The notes: generated from the letters alone by a model not told the origin. DNA of 64,000 bases from Octopus vulgaris (GCA_951406725.2 OX597826.1:48980001-49044000); one strand, 5' to 3'. Shown: positions 26,395-40,858, counted from the stretch's first letter. A program made the numbers and translations.

Positions 26395-28829
26395 ATATTT
26401 TCTCCTCAGATTACTTGATGAACACAAAAACATATTTTTCATTCATTTTACCAACAAAGGGCTTCAGAATATTCAAACTTCTGCTCCAATATGTAGAGCA
26501 AAAAAAATTTTCAATTAAACATTTTCAACCCTGTGCATATACACATTTTCATATTGTAGCCATTTGTATTATTTACTCATAAAACTGTCATAAGTGTGGT
26601 AACAGAAAGAGATGCTAGCCATAGTGGCACAATGCTGGTAGCAGTGAATACATTTTCTCAACTTTATAAAGTTGTTTTTTCAAAATACAATCAGGTCTTA
26701 GCTAACAAAAGATACATAAACAAAGTAATAAATACAAACAGTTACCTTGAAAAATACAACACTGAAAATATGGCATAAACACAGATTTAAATAGTAATAG
26801 CAAAAACACAAAGCAGCAATAACTCAGCTGTTAATATTGTTAGAAACTAAACCAAGATACTTGATCTGTGTCAAATCCAATGAAAAAGTTCATGGTAGAT
26901 GTATGTTACAAAAGTGGGTGCCTCTTTGCCTCAGATTTTTTGAAGAAAGTGAAACATCTCTGTCCTAAAAATTATAGTGGTATGCACCAAACCAAAGATA
27001 GACAGAAATGAAAATCACACCAAAGGCCAAGGGAGCACATCACAAATCCATCTTGTGTTTCAGCTGAGACTAGGGATGCTCATTAGGTAAAAGTTTGCAG
27101 AAGGTTTTGAGAAATGTAAGGTCCTCAAAACCTGAATGATGGCTTCTTTCTTTGGTGAAAGTAAATTGTCCTCATTTGTAATGCTGGAGACAGTCAGGTG
27201 CAGTGTTTTGGAAAAAGTCAGGTTTTTACATAAAAACCTTATTTTTGTTAGTGACAAACTCTCTAACCTTGGTGATACAATGAAACATATCCTATCCTTG
27301 TTGTAAAGTGCATGAAGCTATAAAAACTATGCCAAAACAAAAATGTGAATAAACATAAAAGTGATGTGGATTCTACTAAGCATGCTGCATTTAACCCATT
27401 TGAAAGAAGAGCAACTCTTGAAGAAACTTATACAAAGTAGAGGGAATTCTTTTAAGCAGCTTCTCTGGTTTTATTTGTTTCATGATGCTTATTTTAGTGT
27501 TCTTAACTTCTAAAAAGTTATTATAAGCTCATATTATAATTTTATTTCTTACATTAATATCATTAATTATATTTTTGCAGCATAATTAATTGCAGTTGCC
27601 TGTAAATGGTGTTTTAATGCATCATAATTAAATAGCATTTTATTTAGGTGGTCATAAAATATAAAAAGGACTTCCATACCTGCAAAATATCATAAGGATC
27701 CTTAACTAACATATTCATGGTGAAGAGAATTATTTTGGTTTGATGTATGATTTTGTAATTGTTTAAGGCTGTTGTTACTGTTGTTAGTAATGATAGTGGT
27801 AGTGATGGAGGGGTGGTAGGTGTTGTTGTTGGAAATGGTGGTGTTGGTAAAAGTGTAAAACAGATATGTCATGTTCAGATCCTGACATTTTGTATGTGTG
27901 TGTGTGTGAACATGTGGTTGTGTGATTAAAAAGTTTGCTTCCCAGTCACAAGGATTCTGGTTCAGGCCCACTGTACAGCACCTTGGACATCTTGGAGGGG
28001 TGGGGGAGGGGGAGGGTAACGGTGATGGTGGTGAGGAGGAGGAGAGGAGGAAGAGGAGGAGGAGGAGGAACAGGAAGATGAAGAAGAAGAAGAAGAAGAA
28101 GAAGAAGAAGAAGGCGGAGGAAGGAGAAGGAGGAGGAGGGAGAAGAGGAGGAGGATGGCAACAATAACAACAAGGACGTTAGTATTATCTGGGTGCATGT
28201 TACCATGACACCAGAACCAGAGACAAGGCTACCACCTCATTGCACTACAGAGGTGATAATTGCACCCAGTACATTCTGTAAAGGGGTTTGGCAAACAGGT
28301 AGCCATGACAGAGGGAATAGAGAACCCAATAAACCTGCAGAGGGACTTGACATCTTTCTAAGGCTTGTACTAGAACAAAGTAGGGGTCAGCACCTGTCAT
28401 TTCTATCTTCCTTTACGCTAGTGTGTTTGAGTAGTGGTGGTGGTGGTGGTGGTGGTCTTGTTGGTGGCAGTGGTGTTGGTGGTTGTGGTGGTGGTGGTGG
28501 TGGTGGTGGTGGTGGTGGTGGTGGTGGTGGTGGGTTATTGTTCAGTAAGGGCTGATTAGTGTTGCTTGTTTCAGTGTTCGGGTGGTAGTAGCGATGGTAT
28601 TAGTTGTTGGAAGCGATATAACTACATCACTTCTCTCCACAGAGAGAGAAAAGGTCTCCCCAGACTCCTACGTGAACTTTACACAAACACACAATCACAC
28701 ACACACACACACACACACACACATGCACACATATTTGCACTTAAATGCATACACACATTGCTACCAAGCACTTGCTCCACCCATCACCACACGAACACCC
28801 AACTCATCTATTATTGTCCTTTACAAGAA

Positions 28830-29222
28830 ACTACCACCACCACTACCACCAACACCACCACTGTCACCACCGCCACCACCACCACAACCACTACTATTAC
28901 TACTGCATGCACCACCAACACAACCACTGCACTTACTATAACTACCACCACCACCACCACCACCACCACAACCACTACTATTACTACTGCATGTACCACC
29001 AACACAACCACTGCACTTACTACAACTACCACCACCACCATTACTACCAACACAACCACTTCACTTACAACAATTACCTCCACCACCACCACCAACACCA
29101 CCACCACCACCGCCACCACCACCACCACCACAACCACTACTATTACTACTGCATGTACCACCAACACAACCACCGCACTTACTACAACCACCACCACCAC
29201 CACCACCACTACCACTACTACT
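28830..29222. repeat. (ACC/ACT)-derived minisatellite, 3-4 units
   Basis: Recurrent ACAACCACTACTATTACTACTGCATG.ACCACCAACACAACCAC.GCACTTACT. Confidence 0.9.
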
Positions 29223-30054
29223 AGTGTACTACCTTGATGACCACCACTACAACTATTTGAATTCTGTCATTATCACTTGCCATCTCCCCTTTCATGCAGC
29301 TATGTGACTGATAGGTCCATATTTGCAAATGGTACACAGGTGGGTGGTGGTGGTGGTGGTAGTGGTGGTGGCGCTAATGCTGCTGCTGTTGTTGGTGGTG
29401 ATGGAGTGTTGTTGTTGTTGGAAAAGGGTGGTGTTGGTAGTGGTATTGCTGGTGATAGGGGTAGTGTTGATGGGGTTTTGTTGTTGTGGTAATAGTGGAT
29501 ATGGTGATGGTTTTGGTAATGGTGGTGGTGATGATGATCGTCGTGGTTATGGTGGTAGTGTGCGTGGTGGTGTGATGGTGGTGGTTGTGGTGATGGTGGT
29601 AGTGTGTGTCGAGGTGTTGTTTGTGGTGGTGGTGGTTGTTGTTATTGTTGTTAGTGGTGGTGGTGGTGGTGGTAGTGTGGTAGTGGTTGTAGTTGCAGCG
29701 ATAGTAGTATTGTGACAGGGCTGCATATGTGTGTGTGTGTGTGAGGTGGGTGAGTAGACCCCCCCCCCCGCCCAGATGACACCCCCACCCCCAACCTAGT
29801 GATAGAGTCAAACTTACACTTGTCAATGAAGAAGAACAAGACACGCACCATTGTCCCTCTCTATAACGGCATCAACAGTGTCAGGGTATTGTGTGGAGGT
29901 GGGTGTATATATATGGACAGGGTGTAAACTTACCAAGGTACTGACAATGAAGTATTACCTGAGTGTTGAATGAGTAGAAACAGTAATTTTTTTCTTTTCT
30001 TTTTGTTTTGTCTGTTAAACTAAATGACTTAAGATTTAGTAAGCTTTTTTGTGT

Positions 30055-30305
30055 GGAGGCGTGTGGCTTAGTGGTTAGGGTGTCAGCATCATGATCATAA
30101 GATTGTGGTTTCAATTCCTGGAACGGGCGACGCGTTGTGTTCTTGAGCAAAACACTTCATTTCACGTTGTTCCAGTCCACTCAGCTGGCAAAAATGAGTA
30201 ACGCTGCGATGGACTTGTGTCCTGTCCAGCTGGGGAACGCATGCACCATAGAAACCAGGAAACTGGGCCCATGAGCCTGACTAGGCTTTAAAAGGGTACA
30301 TTTAT
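30055..30305 (+). mobile_element. tRNA-head SINE with alternative tail
   Basis: GGAGGCGTGTGGCTTAGTGGTTAGGG head; TTGAGCAAAACACTT...CCAGTCCACTCAGCTGGCAAAAATGAGT body shared with 45078-45218. Confidence 0.85.
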
Positions 30306-30588
30306 TTTATTAAGCTTTTTTGTTGTTGTTTAAAATTGTGACTGTGTTTATCTTCTATGTTCTATCTTCAATGTTTTACTTATTTCAGTCATTAGGTTGT
30401 TGCCCATGCTGAGGCACTGCCTAGAGGAATTTTAGTTGAACAAATCAGTCCCTGTACTTAAATCTTTTTAAGCCTCATTTTGCTGAACTATTAAGTTATG
30501 GGGATGTAAACATACCAACACCGGTTGTCAACCGATAGTGGGGACAAGCACAGAAACACACAAACACACACTCACATACATATGGATC

Positions 30589-30732
30589 AAAACAGGTGAT
30601 TGAAATTCGTTGCGATGCTAGTCATTAGCCATTTTGAATTTGAATCAGATTCAGATTCAAATACAAAACGGCAGACGACTAGCATCACACTTGAAACTCA
30701 AGAGTACCAATGAATTTGAATCGCACTGTTTT
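30589..30732. mobile_element. Foldback/MITE-like imperfect palindrome
   Basis: AAAACAG..GATTGAAATTCGTTG pairs with CAATGAATTTGAATC..CTGTTTT; inner GATGCTAGTC/GACTAGCATC and TTTGAATC/GATTCAAA. Confidence 0.55.
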
Positions 30733-30784
30733 AAGCCATACATGTAACTCCCAATAAATCGGTTGAGCACCCTGCTTTCATTTG

Positions 30785-30962
30785 TCCACTCACTCACTCA
30801 CGGAGTGGTTGGCGTTAGGAAGGGCATCCAGCCGTAGAAACACTGCCAGATCAGACTGGGCCTGATGCGGCCTTCCAGCTTCACAGAACCCAGTTGAACC
30901 GTCCAACCCATGCTAGCATGGAAAGCGGACGCTTATTGATGATGATGATGATGATGATGATG
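30785..30962 (+). mobile_element. SINE family C 3' part
   Basis: GGTTGGCGTTAGGAAGGGCATCCAGCCGTAGAAA and (GAT)n tail. Confidence 0.88.
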
Positions 30963-31263
30963 AATTGCAGCGTGGAAGGTGTTTATAAGCCATTTAAGAG
31001 ACACACAAAAACCATTAGATTCACTTCAACATTTAAATTTAATTTGCCAAAATATTTTTGTCACTTTGAGACTGCGACCTGTTCACTGACAAAATTCCAT
31101 GTAGCCGCGGTCTGAAAGCGCCGAAAATATTTTGGCAAATTAAATTGAATCTAATGGTTTTTGTGTGTCTCTTAAATGGCTTATAAACACTTTCCACGCT
31201 GCAATTGTTTTCGTTCAAGCACACAATTTCAGATCAGATCACTTGCTATGCAAGTACATCTCC

Positions 31264-31266
<3 letters not shown>
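30963..31266. mobile_element. PLE-like inverted duplication with variant hammerhead motif
   Basis: 30963-31078 inverted against 31104-31206, one-sided extension to 31266, then (TA)n. Confidence 0.7.
31043..31093 (-). ncRNA. Hammerhead-like motif with G3:C8 swapped core (decayed copy)
   Basis: TTTGTCA-GTGAACA-gGTCGC..GTGAC-AAAA-ATAT-TT-TGGCAAA; the sister arm keeps CGAAA at 31122-31126. Confidence 0.5.
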
Positions 31267-31334
<68 letters not shown>

Positions 31335-31445
31335 ATGTATGTATGTAAGTATGTATTATGTATATATGTATGTATGAATGTATGTATATATGTATATATA
31401 TACATATACGTATACATATATATACACATACATATACATATATAT

Positions 31446-31700
31446 ATAGTTGAAATTTACGGAAAAGCAAAAGACCAAGACAGGTGTATGAACAGCAAGC
31501 AGGTGTATTCGTTTGACACTCAGGAAAGTGAGAAAGACTTTTACATTTTGGGCCTATGCTCTTCAACTGAAAGGAATAAGAGAAAATAAACAGGGAGAGA
31601 ATTAAAAAAAAACCTGTGGATTTAGCGGTCAAGCATGCTGACCGGTTGGGAAAAAAAGGTTTGACAGGAGAGGTAAAAAGAAGAGGAGTTAATAAAGTTT
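31446..31700 (-). mobile_element. PLE-like terminal-repeat fragment (same family as 49443-49630)
   Basis: TAGTTGAAATTTAC.GAAAAGCAAAAGA start shared; decayed hammerhead-like motif 31537-31574; (TA)n on both sides. Confidence 0.6.
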
Positions 31701-31727
31701 GTATATATATATATATATATATATATA

Positions 31728-31848
31728 CTTTATTTAAAAGTAGCAAAAATTCAACAAAACCTGCTGCTTTTAAATAAAGCATATTACTCTACCCCTAGTA
31801 TTTGAGTACTCTTTTTTCCACCTTGTTTCACATTTATGTGTTTACTCC

Positions 31849-31850
<2 letters not shown>
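31728..31850. mobile_element. PLE-like family P1 short inverted insertion
   Basis: CTTTATTTAAAAG...CTTTTAAATAAAG inverted ends plus the P1 extension; (TA)n flanks. Confidence 0.7.
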
Positions 31851-31887
<37 letters not shown>

Positions 31888-32728
31888 GCACTCATTCATA
31901 CATAGACACACATACAGATAGATAGATAGATAGATACTTGCATATGTAGACACCCGCACACAAACTCACACACACACATATGCACATACACACACCCACA
32001 TACAAATACAGGATGTCCAGTCAGAGAGTAGTTCTTTCAAGATTTTTAAAATAATAACAGATAAACAAACAGATAAACCGATATATATATTGTTGGTGTA
32101 GAATATAGGGAACCTGTCTAACTACTATTGTACAACACCTGGAGAGACTGTCCTGGTGTTGGAGTTGCTGAGGTGGTGGTGGTGATGGTGGTGGTGATGG
32201 TGGTGGTGGTGGTGATGGTGTTGTGGTGGTAGTGATGGTGTTGGTGGTGGTGGTGGTGATTATACATGCTGTTGTAACCATCATCATCATTGTTATCATC
32301 ATCATCATTATTGTCAGTGGTTGACACACAACTTGCCTCTTCTTCTTTCTATTGCACATATCCTATCTCTCTCACCCTCTCTGTCTTCCTCACTTTAAAT
32401 GCGTCTGTATGCTTTATATGTTTGCATGAAGATATATATATATATATATATATATAGATATAGTTACAGATATAGCTATATATATAGTTATAGATATAGA
32501 TATATCTACATGCATATGTACAACTACATGTGTGTGTGTATATTATCATCATTATCATCTAACATTCACTTTCCATCCTGGCATGGGCTGGACAATATAT
32601 ATATATATATATATATATACATTCACACACATACACACACACACATATATATAATGTATGTCCGTGTGTTTGTGTACACATACACATTAATACATGCATA
32701 TTTGTTATAACATATACTCTATAAATGT

Positions 32729-32793
<65 letters not shown>

Positions 32794-33000
32794 AAGATAG
32801 ATGGATGGACGGATGGATGGATAGATGGATGGATGGATGGATGAATGGATGGATAGATAGATAGATACTCTTTATATATATATATACACATTAATACATG
32901 CATATTTATGTTATAACATATACTCTATAAATGCAGACAAGTATACTTTGGGACAATTTTTTTATAGCATTCCAGATACCAAATCTCACTTGTTTGCAAG

Positions 33001-33082
<82 letters not shown>

Positions 33083-33154
33083 AGAGGGAGAGAGAGAGTG
33101 AAAGTGGAAGAGAGTGAGAGAGTGAGTGAGAGAGAAAGAGAGAGATGAGTGAGA

Positions 33155-34496
33155 TGTGGTAAGAAGCTTGCTTCCCAACACTTGTCCCACCACATGGCAC
33201 CTTGGGCAAATGTCTTCTACTATAGACTCAGGCCGACCAAAGCCTTGTGAGTGGATTTGGTAGACGGAAACTGAAAGAAGCCTGTTGTATATCTGTGTGT
33301 GTGTGTGTGTGCGCGTGTGTGTGTGTGTGTGCGCGTGTGTGTGTGTGTGTGTGTGGGTGTGGGTGTGTGTGTGTGTGTGTGTGCGTGTGTGTTTGTGTGT
33401 TTGTGCGTGTGTGTTTGTCCCCCACCACTGCTTGACAACCAGTATTGGCATGTTTACATCCCTGCAACTGAGCAGTTCAGCAAAAAAAGACCAATAGAAT
33501 AGGTACCAGGCTTGAAAACAAATGTATTAGGGCTGATTCATTCAGCTACAAATTCATTAAGATGGTGCACCAACAAGGCCACAATCCCATGTGTGAAACA
33601 AATAAAATATAAACCATCATCATCGTTTAGCATCCACTTTCCATGCTAGCATGGGTTGGACAGTTCAACTGGGGTCTGGGAAGCCAGAAGGCTGCAACAG
33701 GCCCAGTCTGATCTGGTAATGTTTCTACGGCTGGATGCCCTTCCTAACGCCAACCACTCCATGAGTGTAGTAGGTGCTTTTTACATGCCACCGGCACAGG
33801 TGTCAGACGAGGCTGACGATTGGATGGTTCTTTTCATGTGCCACCGGCACAGAAGCCAGGCGAGGCTGGCAAACGGCCATGATCGGATAGTGCTTTTTAC
33901 GTGCCACCGGCACGGAAGCCAGTCGGGGCGGCACTGGCAACAGCCACGTTCGGATGGTTTCTCTTATGTGCCACCGGCACTGGTATCACAGCTACAATTT
34001 CCATGTGTATATAAATATTTATATGTATATATGTATCTATATCTATAGGTGTAGGAGTGGCTGTGTGGAAAGTAGCTTGCTTTCCAATCACATGGTTCCG
34101 GGTTTAGTCCCACCTGCATGGCACCTTAGGCAAGTGTCTTCTACTATAGCCTCGGGTCAACCAAAGCCTTGTGAGTGGATTTGGTAGACGGAAACTGAAA
34201 GAAGCCTATCATATATATGTATATATGTATATAGGTATATATGTATATATGTATATATGTATATATGTGTATGTGTGTGTGTATATGATTGTGTGTCTGT
34301 GTTTGTGCCCCCAACATTGCTTGACAACTTGGTGTGTTTATGTTCTCGTAACTTAGCAGTTCGGCAAAAGAAACCATTAGAATAAGTGCTAGGCTTATAA
34401 AGAATAAGTCCTGGGAGCGATTTGCTCAACTAAAAGTGGTGCTCCAGCATGGCCACAGTCAAATGACTGAAACAAGTAAAAGAGAGTAAAAAGAGT
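33155..34496. mobile_element. SINE A (+, 33155-33612), SINE C (-, 33615-34002), SINE A (+, 34048-34496)
   Basis: Family motifs as described above. Confidence 0.88.
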
Positions 34497-34719
34497 ATCT
34501 ATCTATCTATCCATCCATCCATCCATCCATCTATCCATCCATCCATCTATCCATCCATCCGTCCATCCATCCATCTTTCTGTCTATCTATTTATCTATCT
34601 ATCCATCTATCTATCTGTCTATCTATCTATTTATCCGTGTGTGTGAGTGTGCGTGTGTCTGTGTGTTGACAGACAGATAGATTTATATTTCTATATGTGT
34701 GTATGTGCATATGTGTGTG

Positions 34720-34767
<48 letters not shown>

Positions 34768-34864
34768 AGTAGATAGATATATAGATAAGTAGATGGAGAG
34801 ATAGACAGGCATAGAAGTACAGACAACCAGACAGACAGATAGATAGACAGATAGATAGATAGAC

Positions 34865-34916
<52 letters not shown>

Positions 34917-35004
34917 GGATGGATAGATAGAGAGATAGAGAGATAAGTTGATTGGTAGATAGACGGATATTCACATATATATATATGTATGCATGCATGT
35001 ATGA

Positions 35005-35073
<69 letters not shown>

Positions 35074-35479
35074 CACCCACACACACATATTCCATATATT
35101 AACTTATATCTATATTTCTCTAGTTATCTGTCTGCCCATCTCTCTGGCTGACTGGGTAGTTAGCTCCATGTTCATATACCTATCAGGTTGGCTGTCTCTC
35201 TAACTCTCTGTCTATCTACCTGTCTACCTGTCTACCTGGCTATCTGTCTGCCTGTCTGTCTTACTGCCTGGCTAACTGGCTGGCTGGCTGGCTGGCTGGC
35301 TGGTTCGGTGGTTGGTTTGTTGTCTTGATTTGCCATCTGGTTGGCTGGCTGGTTGGTTTGTTGTATGGTACAAAGGGGTTGGGGGTAGACGTTTCTTATG
35401 TGGTTACCTGACAAAACACACGGCAGGTAGTGTTGTAAGGAGATTCCGCACTCCTGTCCACCCCTACGTTCACACATCC

Positions 35480-36490
35480 GCGCACACACATACACATACA
35501 CATATGTGCATACACAGATACAGCGCACACGTATACACGCATACACATACACACTCACTCATACTGACACTCATAAACACATACACACACTTGCACTAAT
35601 ACACACGCACACACACAGACGGTTACACACATACACACTAACACACTTCCACGCACACACACACACACACATTCAAGCACACACACACAGCACACATACA
35701 CGGTAGCCCATAAACACATACACACACTTACACTAATACACACACACACACACAGACGATTACACACATACACACTAACACACTTCCATACACACACACA
35801 CATGTTCAAGCACACACACACACACATGTTCAAGCACACACACACAGCACACATACACGGTAGCTCATATACACACACATACACATACTGTCACACACTG
35901 GCACGAGCACAGGTTCACACACACTCTTACACTTATTGTCACTCCCTCTCACCTGTACAGGTAGACACACACGCACATGTGCACACACACACACCACTCA
36001 TACACCATATACAAACACGCATATACACACTCACATATCTGTGCACACAGATACACTCACACACACTCACACACACTCACACACAAACATACACATACCA
36101 CACTGACACATTGTCACCAGTACAGGTAGAAACATACGCACACATACACACACTCATACACACATATACACACTCACGCATCTGTGCACACAGATACACT
36201 CATACACACTGACACACACACACACACATACACATACCACACTGGCACATCGTCACCAGTACAGGTAGAAACATACACACATACACTCACACACACATAC
36301 ACACACTCATACACACATACGCACACTCATACATCTGTGCACACACACACACACACATACATACCATACTGGCACATTGTCACCGGTACAGGTAGAAACA
36401 TACACACACACACACACAGAGGCACACAAGCACACAAACACATGCACACACATGCACACACACACACATATATACATACACACTGACACA
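35480..36490. repeat. (CA)-rich minisatellite with repeated GTCACC.GTACAGGTAGAAAC units
   Basis: CAGGTAG at 35958, 36123, 36262 and 36389 in similar flanking context. Confidence 0.85.
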
Positions 36491-37408
36491 AGCATATGGT
36501 CTCTCATCCACTTTCCCTCTCTCTTTCTCTCTCTCGCACACTCTCACTTTTCCACATCTCCGCCCATCACCACCAGCACCAACACCACATCCAGTACATA
36601 CTTACATACATACAGACCGACAGACAGACAGATAAACAGACTGACAGACAGGCTGACAGACGGACAGCCAGACAGACAGACATACAGGCAGGCAGGCAGC
36701 TATTGCTCTATGTCACCAAAACTCCTGAGCCAACCACAATCGTGGATTTCGCCATTCACTTTACCTGGGTGACTGTTTGCTTTTGTGGCTTTACCTGACA
36801 TACCCTGATGTGAGGTGTCGGACGGTAAGCTAAGCGGTAATCATCTACCCCACCACCACCACCACCACCACTGCCACCACCACCATACCTACTTAGCAAA
36901 CACCCAGGTGGGTCCCACTGAGAATGACTCGCTAACCAATTTAACCAACAACTACCGAACTAAACTTACACATACGTACATACATACAGACATACATACA
37001 TACATACATACATACATACTTTAAAAACTTGCTTGCTGTATGGTACGGTGTACGGCATGGCATTCTGGTGGTAGTGCTGCTATTTGAAAAGTAGACCACC
37101 ATAACAACAGCAACAACAACAACAACAATAATTAGTATTACAAACGAGATTTTTATTGTTTACCACAAGAGTGACAGGATTACAAAACACTTAACCATAT
37201 TAGGGGAGACAATAATAATAATAATAATAATAATTATAATAATAATAACGATATTGATAATGGTAAATAATAATTATAGTAATAATAATAATAATAATAA
37301 TAACAATAATAATAATAGTAATTACTGTTATTAGTAATATTAATAATACATTATTTCCCATAAGGATAAAAGAAATTACAAAACACTTAAACACACTACA
37401 GGAGACAA

Positions 37409-37444
<36 letters not shown>

Positions 37445-37549
37445 TAATAGATAGTAGCAATAAGCTTAACAATGATAATATGATAATGATTATGATGATG
37501 GTGATGATGATGAAAACAATGATGATGGTAAGGATAAAACAACAACAAT

Positions 37550-37642
<93 letters not shown>

Positions 37643-37689
37643 CATCGTCGTCACTATCAACATCATCATCACCACCACTATCACCATCT

Positions 37690-37920
37690 ACACCGGAACG
37701 GAAGAACGGAACGGAGTTTGCCAGGAATTTTTTAAACAGGTGGGTGAATACCTCACCCTTTACCCTAACTCTACCCCCTCCTTACACACCAACAACCAGT
37801 TCAACCCCGCCCCCTCTCTCCACCACCATTGTGAGAGGTAGAGATATCATACCACTGGTTTGTTTTTAACTACTACGCTGATATAAACTGCAATTATTCA
37901 AATACCACGGCGCCGGTCAA
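37690..37920 (+). promoter_or_regulatory. Candidate Pol II TATA promoter
   Basis: CCGGAA/CGGAAG 37693-37704, CAGGTG 37737, AACCAGTT 37794, CCCCGCCCC 37805, ACTGGTTT 37854, TATAAA 37882-37887, Inr-like TCAAT 37917; non-repetitive and locally CpG-retaining. Confidence 0.55.
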
Positions 37921-37952
37921 TACCGGTAGAGCCACCTACCCCTACCATTAAA

Positions 37953-37974
37953 ATGGTCACCTCAACACCTTTAG
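37953..37974 (+). CDS. Possible first coding exon (MVTSTPL, phase 1) of an unidentified gene
   Basis: AAAATGG start context about 70 bp after the TATA box, followed by a strong donor AG|GTAAGC; no downstream exon identified in the window. Confidence 0.35.
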
Positions 37975-38471
37975 GTAAGCTTCATTCTTTCTTTCATTCT
38001 TTCCTTTCTGCCTTAATTCATTCCAGATTTCCAGAACGGCATTTTCGTTTATTCCATACTTCCGAATTAACATCAATATTCTATAGTTATTATATTGTTA
38101 TTATTTCTTTTTACAAATAACTATATTTTATATTTTTGCATTTTTGGTGTAATTTCTACCGTTTTTGTTTACTGTCATTGTTTTTGTTTTTTTTTAATTT
38201 TGTAATGGGTGGGAACTGGGTACTTTTAATTCCATGAATGGGTGGGTAAGGCGGTAGGTAGATTCCATTTGAATTCTGTTATTTTCTTTCATTCGCAACA
38301 CACACAGCCAATGACCAGAGCCCAGGTACCATGTATGTGACTGTGAGCATGTACATAGGTGTATATGTATGTGTATACATACATACATATGCATACATAT
38401 ATATATATATACATATATATATATGCTTATATAAATATACACATAGATAGACATGTATATATACATACATA

Positions 38472-38530
<59 letters not shown>

Positions 38531-38585
38531 ATGTATGTATATATATGTATGTATTTATATATATGTATGTATTTATATATATATA

Positions 38586-38630
<45 letters not shown>

Positions 38631-39046
38631 GAAGCAGCTGATTAAATCAAAGACAGTGTTTCCAAAACGGGACAGAACATACTTGTTAATGTTTATGAAA
38701 AGAAGCCCTCTTCTAAATTGATCACATTAAGTTGTTTCTATTGGAAGTATATGTGTGTGAGTACATGTGCGTGTGCGTATGCGTGTGTATGTGTGTGTGG
38801 GTGGGTGGGTGTATATATAACAGGTAACATATGACCAATACAAGATACACATTTGGATTAATGGATTAATCCATAGGCTATTAAAATATTTATGAACATA
38901 ATCTGAATTTTTCACTGGATGTACTTCAGTACACACGATATTTCTTTGACTAAAGGTGCTGTTTACAAGTTAAATCAACCCAAGCTGGTACCTACCATTT
39001 AAATATTTGGTTCCTTTGAATCCTTTATATTGTATGTATGTGCATG

Positions 39047-39110
<64 letters not shown>

Positions 39111-39129
39111 TATATATATATGTATACAT

Positions 39130-39463
39130 AAAGACCCCCTTCGGTCATGAATGACCATGGGATTGCACCTAGAAAGTTACCCTCCTAGACACAAGTCCGG
39201 GCAAGGTTGTTTATGGAAGACCAGCAGTCGCCCATGCATACCGGCCTCCCCTCTCCACGCCACCAGTGTTATCCATGGGAAAGACAAAGGTCGATACAGC
39301 TTGGCACCAGTGACGTCGCAACTCATTCCTACAGTTGAGTGAACTGGAGCAACGTGAAGTAAAGTGCTTTGCTCAAGAACACAACATGCAGCCCGGTCCG
39401 GGATTCGAGCTCACAACCTCACGATCGTAAGCTCGATGCTCTAACCTCTGAGCCATGCGCCTT
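39130..39463 (-). mobile_element. tRNA-head SINE, full length
   Basis: Minus-strand head GGCGCATGGCTCAGAGGTTAGAGC...GAGCTCGAATCCC; body TTGAGCAAAGCACTT; between (TA)n tracts. Confidence 0.85.
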
Positions 39464-39694
39464 ACATATATATATATTTATATATACACATACATATATA
39501 TATATATATATAGATAGATAGATAGATAGATAATTTCATATAAAAGTATGCATGTATGATATATAATTCATATGTGTGTGTGTTTTCCTGTGTGTATGTC
39601 TGTGTATACATATGTAAAAATCCTTATAAAAGGTTTTTAGGGGATCTAATTTCATCATCCAGTGCATAAAGTGTATTTATGTTTTTTATGTGTG

Positions 39695-39727
<33 letters not shown>

Positions 39728-39736
39728 TTATGTGTG

Positions 39737-39780
<44 letters not shown>

Positions 39781-39807
39781 ATTAAACATATGCAGAAATA
39801 CATATGA

Positions 39808-39841
<34 letters not shown>

Positions 39842-39937
39842 ATATAGACACACACACACGTGTACATATACATGCATATATCTATACATACATATATGAA
39901 TTGATATATGTATTTATAAGTGTGTATGTGTGTTTGT

Positions 39938-39987
<50 letters not shown>

Positions 39988-40793
39988 TATTTTTAAAAAC
40001 ATTATTCTCACGTTCAATGTTCCCATATAAGTTAAATCACTACATCTAACAAATTCATTGACTATATATCAACATCACTATCTTTCACATTAAACACACA
40101 CACACACACACACACATATTTATAAATACACACACACACACACACACACACACTCACGCACATATGTTCCTTCTTTTTCCTTTACTTGTTTCAGTCATTT
40201 GAATGTGGCTATGCTGGAGCACCACCTTCACTCCCAAGACTTTTTTTCTTAGGCCTAGTTCTTATTCTACTGGTTTCTTTTGCGAAGTCACAGGGACGTA
40301 AACACACCAACATAGGTGCTCAAATACACCCCCCCCACACACACACACACATGCACACAGACACACACTTATTTTCTTGTTATCACTCTTTATCCAAGTA
40401 CCATTGTTACATAATTTCATCATTTCATAAACATGTCTTGAATCCAAATTTCTCAACAAAATAAATATAAGGAAATATTGTAACTGTTATCCATTTTGCT
40501 ATCAAGTTTATTGTCTATCAGGAACATGAATAAAATATATACACATACAAATAAATACAAGCAATTATTTATCTATATATGAGTGTGTGTGTGCGTATGT
40601 GTGTGTATATATATAAATATATGTGTGTATATATATATATGCATATATATATATACACACACACATATATATACATATATACATATATATATACACACAT
40701 GCATATATGTACATAAACATTTATATACACATATATTCATATATTATGTATATATCTATATCTATATCTATCTATATCTATCTATCTACCTAT

Positions 40794-40858
<65 letters not shown>

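Noticed and set aside
28566-29237. Thr-rich mucin-like ORF
   Set aside because: Built from (ACC)n minisatellite and (CA)n; non-ATG start; open in several frames; no convincing splice sites
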